From Pedosphaera sp. (GTDB lineage Bacteria; Verrucomicrobiota; Verrucomicrobiia; Limisphaerales; SIBH01), in the NCBI GenBank assembly GCA_031414955.1, contig JANOQV010000152.1:1-64000 (forward strand): 64,000 nt of DNA, given 5' to 3'. Each line of letters opens with the position of its first letter. The stretch's first letter is position 1. Positions 55,568-63,518 of this stretch are shown piece by piece. The notes beneath the pieces are model-generated. The model saw only the letters and a list, made by a program, of their open reading frames with translations. It did not search any database and was not told the DNA's origin. The translations under genes and the position numbers were made by a program.

Positions 55568-58375
55568 TCAATCAAATTTCAGCCCCATGTCGTCCAGCCG
55601 ACTTCTTGTTTGCTTTCGTGGTCTTTCTGATACTTGCACTCGTTTTTGTTCCGTAACCTGAACATGCTGCCTTTGTGTGGCTTGACCAGAAACATGTGAA
55701 GGGGTTCGGATGCCGTCGCGCTGCGCGATGGTTTTGGCAATCTCCTGATAAACCTTCTTGGCGTTTGGCTCACCGCCTTCGACCGGGCAAATTGGAACGG
55801 CTGCGCCTTCAAACGCGCTCCGGCTTCCAACAATCACCAGCAGATTTTTCGCGCGGGAAAACGCTACGTTGATGCGGCGGTAGTCCTTGACGAATTCACC
55901 GCTGACCTCACCTGCACGGACGAGTGAGACAATGATAATTGAGCACTCGCGGCCTTGAAACTGGTCAACGGTGTTGACCTGAACATCAAGATGCCGCCAA
56001 CCGGCCCGGCCTTTCGAGCCGACGCGCTCTCTCAACTCATTCGTTTGAGCCAGGTAGAAGCTGATGACGCCGACATCCAGCTTGGCGTTCTTCGCGGAAG
56101 GATTGGAAGCCAGCGAGTCGTCAACGTGGCGAAGAAAGTCTTCGATTAGTTCAACCTCGAATGGGTTCCAACGAGATGTTCCGCGTTTTTCTCCCTCTGC
56201 GACGGGCTGGCCGCGCTCGTCTCTCGTCGAGTCCAGCCAGAGAACGCGGTGTTCGCTGGTGAGCATTGGTTGCTCGCCCGCTCCCCTTACGGATAATCCG
56301 TGTTGCTTGCGCTGGTGCAGTTCCTTTTCGCCACCGCCAGCGACTAGGATGCCCTTGCCCTGTTTATTCGGGTAAAAATGATTTACGCACTGCATGATGT
56401 GCGGGTGCATCCGATACTGCTCACACAGTGTATCCCGCAATGTGTCCGGCGCGCTGATGAACAATTCCTCGAAAACCGAAGCCGAAACCATCTTGCCGAA
56501 CTTCTCTAACATTTCCGCTTTCAGTTCTTCGTTGGCAACCGCCTCCTCAAAACTCTCTGAACGAAACACGGGCGGCAACTGCCGGTGATCACCGACGAGG
56601 ACGGCACGCCGTCCAAGCAGCAACGGCATGAGCAATTCGGGCGGAGTGGCCTTGCTCACCTCGTCCACTACCACCAAATCAAAAGAGGGGTCGAACTCCG
56701 TGGACTGATAAAAGTCCTTTCGTCCGGTTCGATTGCAGGTTGCACCGATGACATTGGCGTGGCGCTTGTAGAGCTTTCGCATTTCTTCGCCGTTGTCAGC
56801 CGCGTTGCTGTTACGGAGACGATCAATCCAGACGCGCTTGAGCGTTGTCCACCTGTCGTCGTTGATTGCGTGCTTCAAGGTCGCCTCGCAAGCGTCCGCG
56901 ACTTGCCGCAGCCAGTGAGGAATGATGCGCGTTGGAAGGAACATCTTGTAGGCATCGTCCATGTCGAGTTCGCGCCGAGAATCCAACTCACGCAACGGTC
57001 GCAACTCGGGAGAAGGACGGTCCTTCGGATAAAGGCTGCCAAGCGCATTGTCCACGGCAAGGTTGGCTTGCGACGCGATGACGGTTCGCTTGCCTTGCCT
57101 CACCATCTGGCGACACAACTCGGCGATGACCGTGGTCTTGCCAGTGCCAGGTGGTCCTTGCAGAAAGAAAACATCGGGTGCAGCCAGCGCCTTCGTCACC
57201 GCTTGCCGTTGGCCGGTGTTCAGCCGTGCGTCACTGGCTTCGACGGGCGGAGTGGATTCTGGAACGCGGGCTTTTTGACTGTTAAAAATCCATTCGGCCA
57301 CGCTCGGATTCACGGCCTTTCCTTGTTCGAGTCGCTCGATGGCGTCGCGCTGTGATCGTATCGAGGCAAGCTCGCCCGACACATCCACCATCAAGTCGCC
57401 GGCGTTAGGAAACGAATCCCTCGTTGAATCCTCGTCTTGCTTGCGACGCCGTTCGTCTGTCAGCCGAACTTCCACCGCTAGTTTTTCAGTATGAGGAGTC
57501 GGTCCTCCGGACTCCGCATCGGGCTTGCGAATCTGCCATCGCCCGCTGCCCTTTTGCTTTCGCTCGCCGCCTTCAAGATGAGTCACCTTTTGATACACCC
57601 CCGCAGCGGCAACCTTCGGCCTTCTCTGTCCGCTTGTGTCGTCACCCCCGGATTTGATCGGGTCGTATTCTTCGCCTTCACGAAGCGCAAGCAACTGCTG
57701 GCCCTGAAATCGAACCTTCAACAATTCAACTCGCTCGGGGTCGCGCAGGTAAAAACTCACTCCCGGCTTGTCTTTCCAATGCTCCCACTCGGCGTAGGCG
57801 TAACGGTGTTTGCTGTTGTCCACCGTCACCTTTTCGCGCCAGTCGAGATATGTGTGCCAATCCTTGAAGCGGCTCTCTGCCGACGGAGCGTAATGCGGAA
57901 GTGCTCGGAGACGCTGTGCATCCTCGGCGGTCACGCCACCGCGAAAACTGTTCCGTGAAAAATAACCTTGAAGCCGAAAGTCATACGCGCCCGGAGGTCT
58001 GTGAAGAACCGGCTCGAACCAGAGGACAACAAGTTTTCCGTCCCGATAGAAAACACCGAATGCCGGAATCTGGCTGCCAGCAGCGAGCGGTTTCGCGTCT
58101 GCGGCGACTGCCTCTGACCATGCAGGACGAAGCTGCCAATTCTGCTTCCCTTCTTTTGGAGCGAGCTTCGTGATTATCGCTTCTCCAATTGCTTCGTCGG
58201 GCCAAACGCGGTCGAGCCACGCTGCAATCAAATCATGTTCACCCTCAAATCCAAGCTCGGCTCTGTGCTCGGACAAGAAACGCTCCAATCGCTCGGCCGT
58301 TTCGGGCCTTGAGCGAAAGTCCAAGTCCACTCTTTCAAACCTGATGATTCTCGAACTGTCACCGGATTCGTTCAT
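55568..58375 (-). CDS. Superfamily 1 (Upf1/DNA2-like, AAA_11/AAA_12) helicase with an uncharacterised N-terminal region
   Basis: QGPPGTGKT, NLAVDNA, VDEVSKA, GDHRQLPP, QYRMHP, TVDQFQGRE and RINVAFSRAK. Confidence 0.92.
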   Translation of the reverse strand: MNESGDSSRIIRFERVDLDFRSRPETAERLERFLSEHRAELGFEGEHDLIAAWLDRVWPDEAIGEAIITKLAPKEGKQNWQLRPAWSEAVAADAKPLAAGSQIPAFGVFYRDGKLVVLWFEPVLHRPPGAYDFRLQGYFSRNSFRGGVTAEDAQRLRALPHYAPSAESRFKDWHTYLDWREKVTVDNSKHRYAYAEWEHWKDKPGVSFYLRDPERVELLKVRFQGQQLLALREGEEYDPIKSGGDDTSGQRRPKVAAAGVYQKVTHLEGGERKQKGSGRWQIRKPDAESGGPTPHTEKLAVEVRLTDERRRKQDEDSTRDSFPNAGDLMVDVSGELASIRSQRDAIERLEQGKAVNPSVAEWIFNSQKARVPESTPPVEASDARLNTGQRQAVTKALAAPDVFFLQGPPGTGKTTVIAELCRQMVRQGKRTVIASQANLAVDNALGSLYPKDRPSPELRPLRELDSRRELDMDDAYKMFLPTRIIPHWLRQVADACEATLKHAINDDRWTTLKRVWIDRLRNSNAADNGEEMRKLYKRHANVIGATCNRTGRKDFYQSTEFDPSFDLVVVDEVSKATPPELLMPLLLGRRAVLVGDHRQLPPVFRSESFEEAVANEELKAEMLEKFGKMVSASVFEELFISAPDTLRDTLCEQYRMHPHIMQCVNHFYPNKQGKGILVAGGGEKELHQRKQHGLSVRGAGEQPMLTSEHRVLWLDSTRDERGQPVAEGEKRGTSRWNPFEVELIEDFLRHVDDSLASNPSAKNAKLDVGVISFYLAQTNELRERVGSKGRAGWRHLDVQVNTVDQFQGRECSIIIVSLVRAGEVSGEFVKDYRRINVAFSRAKNLLVIVGSRSAFEGAAVPICPVEGGEPNAKKVYQEIAKTIAQRDGIRTPSHVSGQATQRQHVQVTEQKRVQVSERPRKQTRSRLDDMGLKFD

Positions 58376-58391
58376 GTGTATTCGAGGGGTT

Positions 58392-58850
58392 CTAGTTCGC
58401 CGCCACGACGCTGATGAGCGGCGTTGGCTTGACGTTCACGCCGTTGTGAAACAGGCGCTCGTTGAGCAGCGTGAGCAGCGAGTTGAGGATGGCGGAGTTG
58501 GCCTTGAAGATTTCGTCGAGGAACGCGACCGACGCTTCGGGCAGGTAATGCTCGGTCTTGCGTTCGTAGCGGTCTTCTTGCAGCGCAGTGATGGAAAGCG
58601 GGCCGAACAATTCCTCCGGCGTGGAGAAGCGGGTGAGCAGGCGCTCGAAATAGGTGGCGTCGTGAAAGGCGTGGCGCAAGCGGCGGGCGAGTTCGCTTTT
58701 GGCCGTGCCGGGCGGGCCGATGAGCAGGAGATGTTCGCCGGTCAAGGCGGCGAGCAGCGCGAGGCGGATGGGGGTGTCGCGTTCGATGAGTCCGGTGAGG
58801 AGTGAATCGCGGAGGACGCGGAGCTTGTCGGGCAGATTGGCGGTGTTCAC
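58392..58850 (-). pseudogene. ravA: C-terminally truncated RavA/MoxR AAA+ ATPase
   Basis: GPPGTAKSELARRL, FERLLTRFSTPEELFGP and FLDEIFKANSAILNSLLTLLNER; stops at ISVVAAN* where RavA continues ASNELP. Confidence 0.82.
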
Positions 58851-58922
58851 GGCGGACAGGCTACGGGGTCGGGAAAGCGGCGTCCAGTTTGTCGAGATTG
58901 ATCACTGCTGCGCCCGCCTCAC

Positions 58923-59234
58923 TCAATCTTGTCGTCGGCGCAATCTCTTACGTAGGAGCTTCGGGTTCCGGGCGCAGGGGAACAGCAGGACGAACACGAC
59001 GACGCTCTGTTCGACACGAAAATAGAGGGCGTAGGGAAATCTTTGCAGGAGAATTCGCCGGAAATCTGAGTGTGCCTTGAGGAAGATTTCCGGGTTGCGT
59101 TCGACTGCCGCGATGGCGGCGTAGTAGTTCCGGAGCAGCTCGTGTCCCAAGCCTTCGGCTTTTTCCTCATACCAATGGAAGGCTTCGGCGGCGTCATCCA
59201 CCAATTCCGGCCGGAGTCTGGAGACGTAGCTCAC
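58923..59234 (-). CDS. ParE/RelE-family toxin
   Basis: DAAEAFHWYEEK..GLG..F..RRILLQRFPYALYFRV; GTG start overlaps the antitoxin stop (GTGA). Confidence 0.85.
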   Translation of the reverse strand: MSYVSRLRPELVDDAAEAFHWYEEKAEGLGHELLRNYYAAIAAVERNPEIFLKAHSDFRRILLQRFPYALYFRVEQSVVVFVLLFPCARNPKLLRKRLRRRQD

Positions 59235-59452
59235 AGACGTTTCGTGAGTCGTTCCTTGAACTCTTCCAACGTGAGTGCGGCGCCTGGATTCTGGCGGTGA
59301 GAGTTCCAGCGTTCTTCGAGCAACATCCGCTCCGTGTCGGTGACGGGGACGCTTCCCGGCGAGGCGGCGATGGAATCCCAAAGGTCTTCAACCAGCCGGA
59401 GTTTTTCTTCGGCACTCAACTTTGCCAATTGTGGCAGTTCAGCCAGGCTCAT
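59231..59452 (-). CDS. Putative addiction-module antitoxin (TIGR02574-like)
   Basis: LSAEEKLRLVEDLWDSI..LLEER..NP...LEE pattern, upstream of the toxin. Confidence 0.85.
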   Translation of the reverse strand: MSLAELPQLAKLSAEEKLRLVEDLWDSIAASPGSVPVTDTERMLLEERWNSHRQNPGAALTLEEFKERLTKRL

Positions 59453-59535
59453 GCGGTAAACTGTAGCAGCCAATTCCACGCAACCAAGCCAGAGTTTTGA
59501 ACAGAAACTTTCTCACGTTGGTTGCTACGCAAATC

Positions 59536-59563
59536 AAAAGCGGCGGTCTTGCGACCGCCGCTT
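59536..59563 (-). terminator. Intrinsic terminator after ilvB
   Basis: Minus strand aagcggcggtc-GCAA-gaccgccgctt followed by ttgattt. Confidence 0.6.
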
Positions 59564-59587
59564 GCTTGTTTCGAGATTTGAAGCCGC

Positions 59588-61468
59588 TCAATACTTCATG
59601 TCCGCCACCGTGCGCCCCGCCGGGATAAACGGCAGCACATGCTCCGCGTAGGGCGTCACCACGTCGAGGACGTAGGCGGTCTTGGAGGCGAGCATGCGCT
59701 GGAGCGCGGCTTTCAAATCCTTGCGGTAGAGCACGCGCTCGCACGGGACGTTGAAGCTCTTGCACACGCGCACGTAGTCGGGATAGACCTGCGAACGATC
59801 CTCGGGATTGCCGAGGTAAGTGTGACCGCGGTTGCCGGCGAAGAAGTTGTCCTCCCATTGCACGACCATGCCGAGGTGCTGGTTGTTCAAGATGATGGCC
59901 TTGGCGGCGATCTTCTCGACGTTCGCGGTCGCGAGTTCCTGGATGTTCATCAGGAACGAGCCGTCGCCATCAATGTCGATCACTTCCTTGTCGGGGCAGG
60001 CGACTTTCGCGCCGAGCGCGGAGGGGAAGCCGTAGCCCATCGAGCCGAGACCGGCGCTGGTGATGAGCTGGCGCGGGAATTTGTATTTGTACCACTGCGC
60101 GCTCCACATCTGATGCTGGCCTACGCCGGTGGTGATGATCGCGTCGCCCTTGGTCAGTTCGTAAAGCAACTCGATCACCATCTGCGGCAGGATGACTTCG
60201 CCTTCCTGGCCCTTGAGATGATCCTTCATGTGATCGCTGTGCACGATCTCGGGCGTGACTTCGTAATGGAACGCGCCCTTCTTCTTCCACTCGGTGATCT
60301 GCGCGTGCCACGCAGGATATTTCTTGGTGACCGGACGCTTGGCGATCAAGGCGTTGAGCCGCTTGAGCGCGTCCTTGATGTCTCCAACGATAGGCAAATG
60401 CGCGCGCCGGTTCTTGTTCAACTCCGCCGCATCAATATCGATGTGGACAATCGTGCCGGTCTTGCAGAACTCCTCGAACTTGCCCGTCACGCGGTCATCG
60501 AAACGCACGCCGAACGAGAGCAGCAAATCCGCGCCGTCCTTCAGCTTCACCTGCGGGTCATCGAAACTTTTGCGATAAGCATACTCACCGCTCACCGCCC
60601 AGTTCGCGAAGGCCGCGCCATGCATGCCGAGCCAGCGCAGCGAGAGCGGATGCGTCTCGGGAAAGCCGCCCAGGCCCATGATTGTGGTCGTCACCGGAAT
60701 CTGCAACGCCTCGGCGAACTTCTTCAGTTCCTCCGCCGCGCCGCTGGTGATGATGCCGCCGCCCGCGTAAATCACCGGGCGCTCGGCCTTCTCGATCAAC
60801 CCGATGATTTCGTTCAGCGCCACATCGTCCGCCTTCAAGTCAGGCTGGTTGTAGCCGCGCAAATTTTTCTTCACCTGCTCCAGCGTCGGCCACACGGGCT
60901 GCGCCTTCGCCTGCTGAATGTTCTTCGGGAAATCAATCACCACCGGTCCGGGCCGTCCCGACTCCGCGAGGTAGAACGCTTCGCGCACGATGCGCGGAAT
61001 GTCGTTGATGTCGGTGATCAGATAGCTGTGCTTCACGATGGGCAGCGTGACGCCGATGATGTCCGTCTCCTGAAACGCGCCGCGCCCGATCATGTTCTGG
61101 TTCACCTGGCCGGTGATGGCGATGAGCGGCGTGGAATCGAGATACGCGTCAGCGATGGCCGTGACGAGGTTCGTCGCGCCGGGCCCGCTGGTGCCCATGC
61201 ACACGCCCGCTTTGCCCGTCGCTCGCGCATAACCCTCCGCCGCGAACGAGCCGCCCTGCTCATGGCGCGGCAGGATGGTGCGAATCTTCTTCGACTTGGT
61301 GAGCGACTGGTGGATTTCCATGCTCGCGCCGCCGGGATACGCGAAGATGACTTCGCAACCGGCGCGCTCCAGCGCCTCCACGAAAATGTCGCGGCCAAAC
61401 ATGGCCTGGCCGACTTCGGCGCGTTGCGTCTTCGGTTTCTTCGCTGCTGACTGCACGTTTTTGCTCAT
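59588..61468 (-). CDS. ilvB: Acetolactate synthase large subunit
   Basis: FAYPGGA, RHEQG, TSGPGATN, RFDDRVTG, TGVGQHQMW and IDGDGSFLMNIQEL (TPP motif). Confidence 0.96.
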   Translation of the reverse strand: MSKNVQSAAKKPKTQRAEVGQAMFGRDIFVEALERAGCEVIFAYPGGASMEIHQSLTKSKKIRTILPRHEQGGSFAAEGYARATGKAGVCMGTSGPGATNLVTAIADAYLDSTPLIAITGQVNQNMIGRGAFQETDIIGVTLPIVKHSYLITDINDIPRIVREAFYLAESGRPGPVVIDFPKNIQQAKAQPVWPTLEQVKKNLRGYNQPDLKADDVALNEIIGLIEKAERPVIYAGGGIITSGAAEELKKFAEALQIPVTTTIMGLGGFPETHPLSLRWLGMHGAAFANWAVSGEYAYRKSFDDPQVKLKDGADLLLSFGVRFDDRVTGKFEEFCKTGTIVHIDIDAAELNKNRRAHLPIVGDIKDALKRLNALIAKRPVTKKYPAWHAQITEWKKKGAFHYEVTPEIVHSDHMKDHLKGQEGEVILPQMVIELLYELTKGDAIITTGVGQHQMWSAQWYKYKFPRQLITSAGLGSMGYGFPSALGAKVACPDKEVIDIDGDGSFLMNIQELATANVEKIAAKAIILNNQHLGMVVQWEDNFFAGNRGHTYLGNPEDRSQVYPDYVRVCKSFNVPCERVLYRKDLKAALQRMLASKTAYVLDVVTPYAEHVLPFIPAGRTVADMKY

Positions 61469-61505
61469 GGCTTTGCTCTTTGTTAATCGGCGGCCCGGCG
61501 CGGGC

Positions 61506-61540
61506 AATAAAAAACCCACGACCGTTGCCAGCCGTGGGTT
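61506..61540 (-). terminator. Attenuator terminator upstream of ilvB
   Basis: Minus strand aacccacggc-tggcaacg-gtcgtgggtt followed by ttttatt. Confidence 0.88.
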
Positions 61541-61556
61541 GTTGTCGAAATCGTTT

Positions 61557-61628
61557 CTAGCTTCGACAAGCACCCACGGCGTCGCCTACGACGACGACCA
61601 GCAGAATGTTTTGTCGAACCAGATTCAT
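61557..61628 (-). CDS. ilv attenuation leader peptide MNLVRQNILLVVVVGDAVGACRS
   Basis: 23-aa ORF with an Ile-Leu-Leu-Val-Val-Val-Val run; its 3' part (61562-61580) can pair with 61531-61549 as an antiterminator. Confidence 0.88.
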   Translation of the reverse strand: MNLVRQNILLVVVVGDAVGACRS

Positions 61629-61640
61629 TAAGTGGTTCGG

Positions 61641-61669
61641 AACTTAGCGAGGGGGTGATTTAGGGTCAA
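61641..61669 (-). promoter_or_regulatory. sigma70-type promoter for the ilv leader
   Basis: Minus strand TTGACC-N17-TAAGTT, ending 12 nt before the leader ATG. Confidence 0.65.
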
Positions 61670-61883
61670 GCCCCGGTTCGAGGCGGAACTGCGTCTAGGA
61701 TCCTCTGGCAGGTGACACTGCGGGCGTGGGGCCGGTCTGTTCCTGCCTCCTCAAACCCGCGTCCCGCCGGTCGGCTCAAATTTCGTGCGCTGGGATCGTC
61801 ACAGCTTGCGGCCGGTTCCTGATCGACAGCTCAGGCAGTAATGTGCCCAGTGCACCTGGAGAACTCATGGCTCTTCGTCCTTC

Positions 61884-62053
61884 GATTCAACCTGAATTCC
61901 GAAGTCGAACCTTGGCCCGGCCCGTGGCCGGGGCCGAAGTCGCAGGAACTATTTCGATCCTCGGCGGGAGCAACGTGCGGCGGGTTGAAAACCGCGCGCC
62001 GGGGCCAGGCCACGGGCCGGGCTGAGGTTCGACTTCGGAATTCGGGATCAATC
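61884..62053. mobile_element. MITE-like long inverted-repeat element
   Basis: gaattccgaagtcgaaccttggcccggcccgtggcc (61894-61929) pairs with 62008-62043 with two G-U pairs; imperfect extension to 61884/62053; non-coding. Confidence 0.7.
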
Positions 62054-62097
62054 TGTGCCGGGGTCTTGGCTGGCCCGATTCATCGCGCCCGTCCCAT

Positions 62098-63147
62098 TTA
62101 AGGGATACTGCCGCCGCTCTGGTTGTACAGCGCCAGGATCTCGGCAGCCGCGAGCGCACGGCCATAGATGCGCAGTTCATCGATGGAACCGTTCAGGTAA
62201 TGGTTGTAAGCACTGCCGAAGTTATCGAACATCATGCCGATGGTATGCGAGTCGCACGAGAGAGATCCCATGTTACTGACGCGTTGAGACTGCTGGAGCA
62301 CTCCATTGATGTAGAACGAATAGGTTCTGTTATTTCCCACTCCGACCAGATGGTACCACTGGCCCGCCACCATGGGATTCGACGGGAGGTTTTGCAGCAT
62401 CAATTCGTGGCACGCGCTGTCCCTGACTTGCAGTGTCATAGTCTGGTCGAGGTCGCCTTCCCAGTGGATGAGCAGGTTCCGGCAGTCTTCGGTTGACCGC
62501 TTCTGGCTGTAGATGGTGCCGGAAGTATTATTGGTGACGTTATTGAGCTTGGCCCACACGCTGAGGGTCCAATTCCCGTCCACATCCACGCCTTGGGGCA
62601 GGTAGATTCCCTGCCCGATGGTGGTGGGAGCGATTTCTCCCGGCGCGACGATGCCGTGGTAAAGGTAAGCTCCGGCGAATCTGCTGTGGGCGGTCCATGG
62701 CGGTGCCTGCGGCAGCGTTCCGGACGTGTTGCTTCCGAGCGTGCCGTGGTGCCCCAGGCCGCTGCGGTCCTGGACGCAGCCCGCCGCGCTGTTGGTGCAT
62801 GGTTCGTCGAAGGTGTAGTGGGCTCTCAGTCCCACCTCCAGGGAAGGTTGCGAGTCGAGCAGGCGAAAGAAACGCGCACGGTTGCTGTTACCCAAGGTCG
62901 ATGAGCACTGAGCATTGGTGACGTAGATCGGGCCGGTTACAGGCGACCAAGTGGTGGGGGAATTCAAGTTCGTGGTGCTCCAAGCTTCAAAGTAGATGGC
63001 CCACGACGGCCAGCGAAGCGTCATCAGGTTGTTCGTTTGCGAGATCTCAAGGCCAGGCCGGTTGGTCTCAGCGCCCCTGGCGGAGTTGGAGTCAAGCGCC
63101 CAGGCGAAAGCCAGGGCGGCGAGGAGATGGCAATGGATCATGGTCAT
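62098..63147 (-). CDS. Secreted LamG/concanavalin-like jellyroll protein with an N-terminal RFFR module
   Basis: Signal peptide; GLRAHYTFDE, DRSGLGHHG, WTLSVW, GQWYHLVGV, FYINGVL and GSIDELRIYGRAL..EI..LY. Confidence 0.88.
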   Translation of the reverse strand: MTMIHCHLLAALAFAWALDSNSARGAETNRPGLEISQTNNLMTLRWPSWAIYFEAWSTTNLNSPTTWSPVTGPIYVTNAQCSSTLGNSNRARFFRLLDSQPSLEVGLRAHYTFDEPCTNSAAGCVQDRSGLGHHGTLGSNTSGTLPQAPPWTAHSRFAGAYLYHGIVAPGEIAPTTIGQGIYLPQGVDVDGNWTLSVWAKLNNVTNNTSGTIYSQKRSTEDCRNLLIHWEGDLDQTMTLQVRDSACHELMLQNLPSNPMVAGQWYHLVGVGNNRTYSFYINGVLQQSQRVSNMGSLSCDSHTIGMMFDNFGSAYNHYLNGSIDELRIYGRALAAAEILALYNQSGGSIP

Positions 63148-63518
63148 ACCATGTGAGCGTGGTTCGCCACGCGCCACAACTCATACGGAAACTCTGGCTC
63201 TGGCTCAGGCGGAACGTCGGCCGGCTTGCCCTGGCCTCCAAACAGGCGATTGAAAAATCCCATGCCGCGACCCTAGCGAAACTTCGACCTGAGGAAATCA
63301 AATTTCCCATCGTCCCGATGAGTGAGTGTCGATTGCGAGGACTGCCCTGGTTCATGGCCAACCGCAGCATGGCCACCGTGGTGGGGCTGCGTTGCGGCGC
63401 CGCCTTTCGCCCCGTCGAACGATGGCGGACCTGCTGGTCCGCCAGCACACCGGACGGATCTATTTGTAAAATTACTGACAGAAATTGCTTTCTGCGGTGT
63501 CCTTGTTCGCGAACCTTC

